Assembly: GCF_006345805.1 (NCBI RefSeq)
Contig: NW_021836538.1
Span: 1 to 23,851 of the forward strand
Length of the DNA stretch: 23,851 nt
Direction of reading: 5' to 3'
Source: Octopus sinensis
Lineage: Eukaryota
Numbering within the stretch: position 1 is the stretch's first letter; every line of letters starts with the position of its first letter. Below are positions 1 through 10,992 of this stretch, piece after piece. The translations under genes and the position numbers were made by a program. The notes under the pieces were generated by a model that made no database searches, was not told the DNA's origin, and saw only the letters and a list, made by a program, of their open reading frames with translations.

Positions 1-224
1 GATTAGAATCATAATAATCCCGATATTCTTTTTACTTAACATAAAATATTCTTTACATTCTACTGTTGTTGTTTTATTGCCATTTATTTACGGCGTATTA
101 TAAATTTTATAGGTAAAATATTATTCTGGAAATGAATTACGATTTATAACATTGCTACTAAGGAAAATTATTGCTCTACTTTACGAGAGGTGGTTGGGAC
201 CAAATTAACCAGTATATCGATGCA

Positions 225-325
225 TTAGCCACTACACACATTTTTTTCTCTCCTTGTTTTTTTCTGTGTCCCTTTCTGTAGAAGAGCGTAGGCTCGAAAC
301 GTAAAATACTTTTCCTATGTGCAGT
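225..325 (+). mobile_element. Dispersed repeat fragment, probable Penelope-like element terminal region with a hammerhead-like motif; second copy at about 20900-21085
   Basis: About 90 bp nearly identical to 20910-21005 (TTAGCCACTACACACATTTTTTTCTCTCC...CTGTAGAAGAGCGTAGGCTCGAAACGTAAAA). The Penelope assignment is inferred only from the minimal hammerhead-like motif. Confidence 0.55.
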
Positions 326-506
326 AAATCACTAAATCATCCATAACTTTTGTATTATCCTCTCAAATTACACCAGAATCTCAGACAATAACAAATAATA
401 TCGTTTTTATTGTCTGTGAAAATTATAGAATATAAAACAACTTTGATAAAAAATTGTACCTACTTTTCTGACGAAAACAATGCCGTTCTGAACATTTTGG
501 CCGCAA

Positions 507-509
<3 letters not shown>

Positions 510-567
<58 letters not shown>
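510..567. repeat. (TA)n microsatellite
   Basis: Direct reading. Confidence 0.98.
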
Positions 568-568
<1 letters not shown>

Positions 569-635
569 TTTCATTTAAATTTAAATTTCATTTAATTTGA
601 TTATTTAGTTTGTACATTAAACATGAAACTAGTCC

Positions 636-910
636 TGTATATTTCGTTTTGGTATTTGGTTTGCAAGATTCTTTATATGAGTTCGTGTGTTGAAGCATAT
701 TCTGTTGTGTCTGGGGAGAGTCATTTTCTTTTTGTACCTTATAATTTAACACACTCACCGGTAAAATTTCCACTTATTTCTTACTTTTATTTCCCTAAAA
801 TTTTCGTTGCGTCTTGCAAACTTTTCAAAAGTCTTGACTATTGAAAAGGTTGCAAAACGCAAGGAAAATTTTAGAAAACTAAAGAAGGAAATAAATGAAA
901 ATTTTACCTG
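636..910. mobile_element. Palindromic/foldback-type interspersed repeat; same family as 8172-8520
   Basis: 698-830 matches 8172-8305. 636-700 is the reverse complement of about 8460-8520. The element folds around about 835, with a degenerate right arm. Confidence 0.75.
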
Positions 911-1285
911 TCTGTTATGTTCTTTTCTTCTTTCGGTTTGCATAGGAAAGTCCCACAACAACAACACTTCATCGTTTTTAAAGGTTTACATTTCATTTCT
1001 ATCCCACCAAAATAGTTAAAGATTTTTTTTTCTGTGTATCAAAATGAAATTCCCTGCAAAAAATCCAATGAATTCTTGCAACAGTCTTGCAAAACCTACA
1101 CATTTTTCATTCTGAGCTAATCGTAGACGCTCTAATACAATATAAGCTCTGCTTTCATCTGAATCATCGCGCATTCAGCATTTGTGTGGACAGTTTTGTT
1201 GAATTAACGCTCTTTCTGATCGAATCTATTCTAATTTATCCTTCCTGTGCTGCCAAAATCATTCCCGCCGTCTCTTTCTTCAACA

Positions 1286-1779
1286 CCGTAAATCCTCGAG
1301 TATAGTACACAGGGGATTTTAGGGGGCTGTACCTCTGAAAAACCTAAACCTTGTGTATAATACGCATCCCTTCTCTAACTTGAGTCAAGGAGGTCTATAT
1401 AAAGTCCTTGGTTTGTAAAAATGTATACGGTAACGTCCTTTATTATTATTGTATATATAACATAATGCAAACGTGTAGCTTTTTTGTGCATTTTGTTTGC
1501 AGAAAATAAAGAAATAACAGTAACAACGTTTAATAAATGTTGCTTATTGCAAGTTATGGATGATTCTTTTATGACTTCATTACTTTCAAGCTTAGCTTAG
1601 GGTATTTTCGCGCCCGACATCACAAAATGCGTCTGAATAAACATTGCCGGACAGCAAATAGAGACTCGGACATTGCTTAGAAAATAATTTTCATTTTTAA
1701 CCACATATATAGTACGCACTAGGGATTTTGACCGTTAAATTTTGGGAAAAAAGTGCGGATTATACTCGAGGATTTACGG
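1286..1779. mobile_element. Non-autonomous Tc1/mariner-superfamily (Tc2/pogo-like) MITE, 494 bp
   Basis: Perfect 19-bp TIR CCGTAAATCCTCGAGTATA (1286-1304 / 1761-1779). TA follows the right end and CA (possibly a mutated TA) precedes the left end. CCGTA termini resemble Tc2-like elements. No ORF. Confidence 0.8.
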
Positions 1780-1789
1780 TACTCCTTTC

Positions 1790-2070
1790 TTTAACCATTA
1801 CCAGCTGTTCTAGTCATTCCATGTATCTTTTGGAAAAATACTGAACGAAGCTCCTGTCTTCTAATGTTTGGTTTCTTCTTTTTCCACAGTTTCCAGTTTT
1901 CTCTTTTTCGCGTTTTACACGTTCTGTAAATACTCTTTCACTTATTTCCACCTTAATGAATGCTTCTTCTGTGTCTTCTAGATAGGGACCCATACCTTAT
2001 TTTCTGTTGTCCTACTGCTTTCAACACTCACTGACCATCTTCCTCCTCCTTCCGCTCTGTTCTAGTATAA
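1790..2070 (-). mobile_element. Highly decayed non-LTR retrotransposon fragment, possibly R4/Dong-like
   Basis: Minus-strand frames give AEGGGRWSVSVE and QKIHGM, which echo EGGRGL and WQEKPIHG of the better copy at 3323-4957. Stops and frame changes throughout. Confidence 0.4.
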
Positions 2071-2087
2071 GGACACATGTTTCTGTG

Positions 2088-2397
2088 TGGAGGCACATGG
2101 CCTAGTGGTTAGAGCAGCGGACTCGCGGTCGAGGTATCGCGGGTTCGAATCTCAGACCGGGCGATGTGAGTGTTTATGAGCGAAAACACCTGAGCTCCAC
2201 GTGGCTCCGGCAGAAGGTAATGGCGAACTTCTGCTGACTCTTTCGCCACAACTTTCTCTCACTCTTTCCTCATGCATCTTGCAGCTCACCTGCGACGGAC
2301 CGGCGTCCCGTCCAGGTGGGGAACCTATACGCCAAGGAAACCGGGAAACCGGCCCTTATGAGCCGGGCATGGCTCGAGAAGGAACAAAAAGCAAAAT
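2088..2397 (+). mobile_element. tRNA-derived SINE (family A), full length
   Basis: Pol III A box TGGCCTAGTGG (2098-2108) and B box GGTTCGAATC (2142-2151). A-rich 3' end. Exact 13-bp TSD ACATGTTTCTGTG at 2075-2087 and 2398-2410. Confidence 0.92.
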
Positions 2398-2488
2398 ACA
2401 TGTTTCTGTGCCCTGTGATCTTTTTCTTTATTTTTCTGTCGATGTCCTTCAGTTCATTCTCCCCCCATTCAATGTTTCCTATACCAAA

Positions 2489-3322
<834 letters not shown>

Positions 3323-4957
3323 CAGTAGTTTTATTTTATAGCGTGCTTTCACTTCACTACCGAGCGCAGCTCTGTGTGCCTTGGGTATGTGCTGTGATTT
3401 GTTGTGATGCTCTGATGGTTATTGTATGGAAAGTGTTCTGCGTAGAATGTGTGCAGTGCCTAGTAGTGCAATTTTCTGTATGTTATATGTGTTTTGTAAG
3501 TCCTGGTGTTTTTGTTATGTATTTGTCTGAATTTTTTTTATCATGCCTAATGCACCTACTATGATAGGAATTGTTTCTGTTTTCAGGTTCCACATTCTAG
3601 TTATCTCTATTTCCAGGTCTTTGTATTTTGAGAGTTTCTCCATTTCTTTTAGAGACACGTTGTCATCTGCCGGTATTGATACATCAATTAGAAAGCATTT
3701 TTTTTCTTCATGATCTCTGACAACTATATCTGGTCTGTTGGCCTTATTTCTCTATCTGTGTGTATCGGCATATCCCAGAGTATGGTTGCTTTCTCGTTTT
3801 CTGTGACCTTTTCTGGTGTGTGCCTATACCATCTTTTTTCTGTTGTTATTCCATAACGTTGGCATAGCTTCCAATGTATGTAGGTTCCAACTCTGTCATG
3901 TCTGTGAATATATTCCTTCTTAGCCAGGACTGGGCAGCTAGAGATAATATGATTTATGTTTTCTTGTCCATCTCCACATATTCTGCAGTTACTTGTAATA
4001 TTTCTTTTCATTACATGTTTTTGGTAATTTCTGGTGGGGAGGCTTTGGTCTTGTGCTGCAATTAAAAATCCCTCTGTTTCTGCTTTGAGTCCTGAGCTTC
4101 TCAACCATTGCTGGGATTTTTCTTTGTCTATTTCTTTTGCGTTTAGTTTAGTGCAGTATTTACCATGAATGGGCTTTTCTTGCCATCGTTTTATCATGGC
4201 TCGTTGCTGTTCTATTTTTAGTTTGGATTTCATTTGTTTTATAGCTTTTGTTTTTGTTGTTTCTTCATCATCTTCTTCTTCTTCTTTGTGTTTATTAGGT
4301 GGTATGATTTCTTGTTTGTATTTGTCAGCTTCCTTAAATACTGAGAACAGTTTTTTGTTTTGCTCGTGTTTTGCTGCTATCTGGATCAGTTTTCCTTCCT
4401 TCTGAAGTAGGTATTTTTGCAGTCCTATGGTGGTTATTTTATAGTAGTTTTCCAGCTGTATAAGGCCTCTACCACCTTCTATACGTTGTATATATAGTCT
4501 TTCTATGTCATATTTTGGGTGATGCATCCTAGATCCTGTCAGTATTTTTCTTGTTTTCCTATCTATTTTGGACAGTTCATTTCGTGTCCAGTTAAGGATA
4601 TTGTAGCTGTAACTTATAACTGGGACAGCTAAAGTGTTGATACCTATTATCTTGTTTTTAGCATTGAGCTCTGACTTTAGTATTGATCTAACTCGTCTAT
4701 AATATTCTTTTTTTATTTTCTCTTTCATTTGTGTGTGTTGTGTCTTATCTAGTTCATGGATTCCTAAGTATTTGTAAGTTTGGCTTTGGTCTAATTCTTT
4801 TATTTCATTGGTTTTATCTAGTGTGATGTTGTTACTCTTAACTAGTTTTCCTCTTTTCATGGTTACTTTGGCGCATTTTTCTAATCCAAATTTCATATCT
4901 ATTTCTTTGGTAAATCCATGAACTGTCTTTAATAGTGTTTCCAGCTGTTTGTCATTT
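3323..4957 (-). mobile_element. 5'-truncated R4/Dong-clade non-LTR retrotransposon (end of RT, thumb, CCHC knuckle, restriction-like endonuclease, about 95-nt 3' UTR)
   Basis: The minus ORF from NDKQLETLL gives FGLEKC, YKYLG, EGGRGL, CRICG...ENINHIISSC and RHD. After a 1-nt frameshift near 3744 it reads RPDIV...LIDVSIP...KLSKYKDL (PD-(D/E)xK-type RLE). After a second near 3493 it reads QKIALLGTAHILRRTL, with a stop at 3419-3421. The YxDD motif is lost just upstream of the truncation. Both flanks are (TAA)n, the target established for Dong. Confidence 0.9.
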
Positions 4958-4967
4958 ATTATTATTA

Positions 4968-5004
<37 letters not shown>

Positions 5005-5021
5005 CATTATTATTATTATCA

Positions 5022-5052
<31 letters not shown>

Positions 5053-5068
5053 TATTTTTATTATTATA

Positions 5069-5139
<71 letters not shown>

Positions 5140-5239
5140 CATTATTATTATTATCATTATTATCATTATTATTATTTTTATTATTATTATTATTATCATC
5201 ATTATTATCATCATCATCATCATCATCATCATCATTATT

Positions 5240-5272
<33 letters not shown>

Positions 5273-5334
5273 GTTATTATTATTATTATTATTATTATAT
5301 TATTATTATTATTATTATTATTATCATCATCATC

Positions 5335-5415
<81 letters not shown>
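4958..5415. repeat. Interrupted (ATT/ATC)n microsatellite; 5' flank of the LINE, running up to the exon acceptor
   Basis: Direct reading. Confidence 0.98.
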
Positions 5416-5423
5416 TCTTGCAG

Positions 5424-5692
5424 GAAGTTCACCAGTTGTTCGAACAACTGGACGCTAATGGAAACGGTCAGGTGACCTTTGAAGAGTTCATGAATGAAAT
5501 GTTCCAACATTCCAGTACAGCTGCTGAAAAAATAACCCCGTTGCTGACCCCGACCCCGAAAGTGACCCGCACAAAATCCCGCCGGCGGAAGTCGTTCATT
5601 CGTAAAACGGGGATGTCAACTTATGAATCGTTTTTCCTCTCACCCGGAAATTCTTCATTGTCGTTCACCACACTCGATACCAACAGCAGAGG
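5424..5692 (+). CDS. NIN: Ninein / ninein-like protein, exon A (EF-hand); internal exon, phase 0 to 2
   Basis: Acceptor TTTCTTGCAG, donor GG/GTAGGT. Encodes EVHQLFEQLDANGNGQVTFEEFMNEMF with a canonical EF-hand loop DANGNGQVTFEE (5451-5486). A second degenerate EF loop, DTNSRG|FIKSDD, spans the next junction. NIN versus NINL cannot be resolved. Confidence 0.88.
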
Positions 5693-5755
5693 GTAGGTAG
5701 AGTTGTTGTTGTTGATGTTGTTTAATGAAGGGTTTGACCTTTTCTTTCTCCTTTA

Positions 5756-6617
5756 TGTCGCAAACCTGGAGTAGAGAATTGGCGGGGCCGTGAAAGGAAC
5801 GTTTCTTATATATATCTATATATATAAAACTCAACTTGTGTGTCTGTGTGTGTGTCTCTGTGTTTAACTCACCGGCACATCTCCTCCTAGCCAACAAATC
5901 GTAGAACCACCAAAAATGGGTCACTTAAAGTTTAGGCGAATGAAAATTGAACTGCGCTATTTCTTATTTCTTTATTGCCCACAAGGGGCTAAACATAGAG
6001 GGGACAAACAAGGACAGACAAAGGGATTAAGTCGAATACATCGACCCCAGTGCGAAACTGGTTCTTAATTTATCGACCCCGAAAGGATGAAAGGCAAAGT
6101 CGACCTCGGCGGAATTTGAACTCAGAATGTAACGGCTGACGGAATACCTCTCAGCATTTCGCCCGGCGTGCTAACGTTTCTGCCAGCTCGCCGCCTTGCG
6201 CTATTTCTGTTCCGAAATTCATCTCGCAAGTGCAAAAATCGATAATGTGTTTGTTTAGGCCTTATCCCATGCATTGAATAGTGAACTTTACTCAGTCAGC
6301 TGTTTGACGTGAACTGTGTTCACCACGCGTGCAAGCATGCGTAAATTGCATGAAAAATAAAAAATCAAGATATAAAAACGAATCGCCGTAAACGTAGAAA
6401 TTCGGCAAAGAAATGAATTTTCGGGATGTAGCCTGGAGGGTTTTTCGTATTAATCGTTTGGACTCGGTGAATACATACCAATTGTTTTCATAACATTTTT
6501 AACGCCTTGAATTAAATGTGACCATTTTGCAAAGCCGGGCAATACTGCTAGTATATATATAAGTGAAGAAACGTTCCTTTCACAGCCCTGCCAATCCTCT
6601 ACTCCAAGTCTGCGACA
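5756..6617. repeat. 52-bp inverted repeat pair (5756-5807 / 6566-6617); possible relic TIR element
   Basis: 47/52 identity in reverse complement; all five differences are transitions. No TSD recognised. Confidence 0.65.
5965..6196 (-). mobile_element. SINE family B (T1 tail), full length
   Basis: Reverse-complement consensus match. 12-bp TSD TGCGCTATTTCT at 5953-5964 and 6197-6208. Confidence 0.92.
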
Positions 6618-6976
6618 AGAGTGGAATGGACGACGTAAGCGTGAAAGGGCTGATAGAAAGAAGGAAAGAGTAAAAGAATAAAAGAATAGAGTCGTACAAG
6701 ATTTAGATAAATATATACTTACATATAAGAGACCAGAGTGTACATACGCCACTATATATATATATACACAAAATGGGACAAGAACGCAAAATATCCAGAT
6801 AGTTATGTGATACAAAAAGGGGACAACAAAACATCCAGATAGACGATGCAAAGAAAACAAGGACGGGTCATTCGGAGTTTTTCTTTCCTCAGTCGAGTTC
6901 CAGATTATCTTTGCAATTTCGGCTGGTTATACTGGAGATTGCTCCAATCTGGCCAGCCCCAAGAAAAAGCTAAGCT

Positions 6977-7059
6977 AAGTACCAGTTGAACCTTGGGACC
7001 AATGTAATCGACTTAGCCTCCCACGAAATTGCTGGCCTTGTGCCAAAATTTGAAATCAG
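6977..7059 (+). mobile_element. SINE family B 3' fragment (T2 tail)
   Basis: AAGTACCAG...AATGTAATCGACT...GGCCTTGTGCCAAAATTTGAAATC. Confidence 0.8.
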
Positions 7060-7459
7060 ATGTGTGTGCGCATGCGCACTCGCTTGCGTGTGCGTTTGCG
7101 CGCGCGCGCGCGTGTGTCTGTGTGTGTGTTTGTGTATGCTTCTAAATGTAAAGGTTTCTGCGCATTTAGGCTTGTGGTTGGGGTGTTACTTTTGCGGTCA
7201 TAAGATCGTGTGTTTGAAGGGCTTCATTTCATGTTTCATCTGCCTATTCAGCTCAAATGAGGACTAGATGAGTACCAGCTGAAGTGTTGTCCTCTTTCCC
7301 TCTACCTGATACACACCCTCAATGTTTTATTGGGTTAAGGGAAGGATAAGAGGGGGGGGTCTATATCTGCCCATGACTACAAAGGCACTTAAAGCCATTG
7401 GTGAAAGCATGCTACATATTACAAGGTCACACTCGCGTGCAAGAGACGTCTATGGTTGG

Positions 7460-7690
7460 TATGGCGAGCTGGCAGAAACGTTAGCGTGCCGGGCGAAATG
7501 CTTTGCGGTATTTCGTCTGTCGTTACGTTCTGAGTTCAAATTTCGCCGAGGACGATTTTGCCTTTCATCCTTTCGGGGTCGATAAAAAAAGTACCAGTTT
7601 CGCACTGGGGTCGATATAATCGACTTAATCCCTTTGTCTGTCCTTATTTGTCCCCTCTATGTTTAGCCCCTTGTGGGCAACAAAGAAATA
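7460..7690 (+). mobile_element. SINE family B (T1 tail), full length
   Basis: GGCGAGCTGGCAGAAACGTTAGC head, B-box-like GAGTTCAAATT, tail AGCCCCTTGTGGGCAACAAAGAAATA. Confidence 0.9.
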
Positions 7691-7904
7691 TAAATATATA
7701 CTACATAAAGGTGTATATAGGTGTTTGTGTACATCTATATATGTTGCTGAGTGCATGTGTATATATGTTTGTAAGTCTACACACACAAACACACACACAA
7801 ACATGTATGTGTGTGTGTGTGTGCATGCGTGCGTGTGTACGTATAAACGCGATATATATCTAACCTTAATCATTCCTCTTTATTTTCAAATTTGTTTCTG
7901 TTAG

Positions 7905-7977
7905 GTTCATTAAAAGTGACGATCTAGTGGAATTATGGGAAAGCTACGGGATTACTAATGCTGTCGACGTTCTCAAG
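7905..7977 (+). CDS. NIN: Ninein-like exon B (phase 2 to 0)
   Basis: TTTCTGTTAG acceptor, AAG/GTAAAT donor. (G)FIKSDDLVELWESYGITNAVDVLK is in frame with exon A. Confidence 0.88.
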
Positions 7978-8171
7978 GTAAATATGTCTACACTCTCCAT
8001 TGCAGATTTATATATACATATTCTATCACCAGCGTCACACAGAGACACACAGACATACACACAGACATACATACATACATACACACACTACACACACACA
8101 CACACACACATTGAATTGTGTGTAAATTATGCAAATTTAGTAACATGAAATTTAGGAAATATATGCAAATT

Positions 8172-8460
8172 TATTCTGTTGTGTCTGGGGAGAGTCATTT
8201 TCTTTTTGTGCCTTATAATTTAACACACTCACTGGTAAAATTTCCACTTATTTCTTATTGTTATTTTCCTAAAATTTTCGTTGCGTCTTGCAACCTTTTC
8301 AATAGTTTTGACTAAGAATCAAAACTATTGAAGAGGTTGCAAGACACAACGAAAATTTTAGGAAAATAAAAGTAAGAAAAAAAAGTGGAAATTTTACCAG
8401 TGAGTGTGTTAAATTATAAGGCACAAAAAGAAAATGACTCTCCCCAGACACAACAGAATA
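8172..8460. mobile_element. Near-perfect 290-bp palindrome (arms of about 140 bp, 7-nt loop at 8312-8318); same family as 636-910
   Basis: 8172-8311 is about 95% identical to the reverse complement of 8319-8460. Confidence 0.9.
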
Positions 8461-8537
8461 TGCTTCAACACCCAAACTCACATAAAGAATCTTGCAAACC
8501 AAATCCAAAAACGAAATATGCAAATTTAGAAATATAT

Positions 8538-9416
8538 GAAATTTATGAAATGTATGCAAATTTGGAAATACGCATAATTTTATTTAAATGTGTCTAATAT
8601 ATATGTAGAAAATAAAGTATACTTGTAAACTGTGTAATGTATTAGGAAGAAAATTAAGAAGGTTATCAAACGCTCAGAATTCCTAAAAGTCGTAGATTTT
8701 GAAAGATAAAATGATATTCTGAAACGTGTGTCAAATATGAAATTTATATGAAACACGAAATTCTAAAACGCCAGCCTCAAATTATGAAAATCATTAAATC
8801 TGTATAACGCATGAAATGCGACTGGATTATAAAATATAAGTAAAATAATCATTTTTAAGCAATTAGTTAACATGATCTTGTTTCAGTCACTAGACTACGG
8901 CCATGCTGGGGCATCACCTTGAAGGGTTTTGCCGAACGAATCGATCCCAGTAATTATTTTTTTAAGCCAGATGCTTATTCTATGGTCACTTTTGCCGAAC
9001 CGCTAAGTTACGGCTACAGAAACACATCAACACCGGTTGTCGAGCGGTGGTGGGGGACAAACATAGACACAAAGACAAACAAACGTAGATACACACACAC
9101 ACACACACATACAATAGGCTTCTTTCAGTTTCCGTCTACCAAATCCACTCACAAGGCTTTTATCGGCCCGAGGCTATTGTGGAAGATGCCTGCCCAAGGT
9201 GTCACGCAGTGGGACTGAACCCGGAGTCATGAGGTTGGGGAACAAAATCTTTCAAAATCTACGATTTTTATGAATTCTGAGCGTTTGATAACCTTCTTAA
9301 TTTTTTTCTTAATACATTACACAGTTTGCAAGTGTACTTTATTTTCTACATATATATTAGACACATTTAAATAAAATTATGCATATTTCCAAATTTGCAT
9401 ACATTTCATAAATTTC
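8538..9416. repeat. 167-bp inverted repeat (8538-8703 / 9250-9416) enclosing a SINE
   Basis: Arms are about 95% identical in reverse complement, by manual alignment. Confidence 0.9.
8876..9250 (-). mobile_element. tRNA-derived SINE family C (CORE-like central motif), 5' end eroded
   Basis: Collinear with 12536-12938: TTTCAGTCA...GCCATGCTGG...TTTGCCGAACCGCTAAGTTACGG...TTTCAGTTTCCGTCTACCAAATCCACTCACAAGGC...GTGGGACTGAACCCGG. Confidence 0.88.
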
Positions 9417-10072
9417 TCAACACACAGCCAATTAAAATGCTAAATGTTATAGAAATGGAGATAAATTATAAATTGTTTACATGGCGGTGCCCCAGCATGG
9501 CCACAGCTCATGAGCTGAAACTAGATAAAATAAAATAAATAAAATAAAATATATTAGACACATTTAAATAAAATTATGCATATTTCCAAATTTGCATACA
9601 TTTCATAAATTTCTCAGCACACAGCCAATTAAAATGCTAAATGTTATAGAAATGGAGATAAATTATAAATTGTTTACATGGCGGTGCCCCAGCATGGCCA
9701 CAGCTCGTGAGCTGAAACTAGATAAAATAAAATAAATAAAATAAAATATATTAGACACATTTAAATAAAATTATGCATATTTCCAAATTTGCATACATTT
9801 CATAAATTTCTCAGCACACAGCCAATTAAAATGCTAAATGTTATAGAAATGGAGATAAATTATAAATTGTTTACATGGCGGTGCCCCAGCATGGCCACAG
9901 CTCGTGAGCTGAAACTAGATAAAATAAAATAAATAAAATAAAATATATTAGACACATTTAAATAAAATTATGCATATTTCCAAATTTGCATACATTTCAT
10001 AAATTTCTCAGCACACAGTCAATTAAAATGCTAAATGTTATAGAAATGGAGACAAATTATAAATTGTTTACA
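9352..10072. repeat. 197-bp tandem array, 3.66 units, with structure X-S-X-S-X-S-X (X about 130 bp unique-type, S about 67 bp SINE-C-like 3' end)
   Basis: ATGGCGGTGC recurs at 9481, 9678 and 9875. ATATATTAG recurs at 9352, 9549, 9746 and 9943. The units differ at only a few positions. Confidence 0.95.
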
Positions 10073-10156
10073 AACAATGAGATTTGTGCAAACCATGAAA
10101 TGTATGCATTGAGTGAGCAGTTACTGTTATGTTCGTGTTGTTCTTATTGATGTCAG

Positions 10157-10299
10157 GCATACAACATCGAACTGGACAGAGAACTGAGTCACACCAAGTT
10201 AGCCGCCGTACTTGAAGATGAGTTGCTGTTTACTGCTGATCATAGTCCAAAGTTACAGGCCGCCATTATCACCTGTCTCCAGGAATGCAAAAATCTGAG
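10157..10299 (+). CDS. NIN: Ninein-like exon C (phase 0 to 2)
   Basis: GATGTCAG acceptor, AG/GTAAAA donor. AYNIELDRELSHTKLAAVLEDELLFTADHSPKLQAAIITCLQECKNL(R) resembles the recalled vertebrate ninein segment LENELL...QAAL...EIRHL. Confidence 0.9.
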
Positions 10300-10355
10300 G
10301 TAAAATGTTTCTTAACAGATTGTTGGTTTCATGCATGTCTGCTGGCTTCTATTTG

Positions 10356-10829
10356 GGATCTTTTTGGTTTGAACGGCAGTTTTTTTTCTAGCGGTGTCAT
10401 ATGAAATTGTCACTCATAATTATGACCCTAGTATCGATCTATTGCATTTCAATCTGTTTTAGGGTTAGGGTTAGAGTTAGGGTTAGGGTTAGAGTTAGGG
10501 TTAGGGTTAGAGTTAGGGTTAGGGTTAGGGGTGGGGGAAGGGTATATTTTTTTTCTTCAGAAATGTAAATGAACCCAATCTGTTTCTTAAACGAGGGACA
10601 TATTCATACGGCACAAAATGTTTTCCCCTCAATAGACGTCATTGATTGGTTGAAATTGCAGAAATTGAAGAAAAAAACAACAACAAATATCTTACAAACT
10701 ATAGAATTTTCTCAATAAAGCCAAGAGAAAAAGATGTTTTATAAACACATTCTACCAGTATACGAAGTTTAAAAGTGTTTAGTTACGTGGAAATTATTTT
10801 AAAAACTGCCGTTCAAACCGAAAAGATCC
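10356..10829. mobile_element. Non-autonomous DNA transposon (MITE), 474 bp, with 29-bp TIRs, an 8-bp TSD and internal telomere-type repeats
   Basis: TIR GGATCTTTT(T/C)GGTTTGAACGGCAGTTTTT (10356-10384 / 10801-10829, 1 mismatch). Exact TSD TCTATTTG (10348-10355, 10830-10837). Superfamily not determined; hAT, Merlin or MULE are candidates for an 8-bp TSD. Confidence 0.9.
10459..10530 (+). repeat. Interstitial telomeric-type repeat, 12 hexamers: [(TTAGGG)2 TTAGAG]x3 (TTAGGG)3
   Basis: Direct reading. Confidence 0.95.
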
Positions 10830-10992
10830 TCTATTTGTAGTACAGAAAGTTCAAATACTTGCTGCAACATTGGAGTGTGTACGTATGCGCCGTGAGCATG
10901 CATGCCGCAGTAAAAATTACTAGAGTCAATTGCGAGAGGATATTGTCCAAGTAAAAGCTGCTCCAGTCTGTCAATATTGTCTCAATTAAGAA

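Noticed and set aside
2088-2165. tRNA gene
   Set aside because: A and B boxes are present, but there is no convincing acceptor stem. It continues into a 310-bp body with a TSD, so it is a SINE head.
3724-5253. 509-aa ORF taken as a complete protein
   Set aside because: The first 100 or so residues are (ATT)n read-through. The real LINE part starts near 4957, lacks the RT catalytic motif and continues past frameshifts.
5100-5696. 198-aa ORF as a single-exon gene with a poly-Leu signal peptide
   Set aside because: It is a microsatellite fused in frame to exon A. Splice sites at 5424 and 5692 explain the coding part.
6860-6900. Minus-strand CUGAGGA...CCGAAUGACCCGUC as a hammerhead
   Set aside because: It has GAAU instead of GAAA, stem II is not adjacent to the GAA, and stem I does not pair.
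10459-10530. True telomere or chromosome-fusion scar
   Set aside because: Only 72 bp, one orientation, and enclosed by TIRs and a TSD inside an intron.
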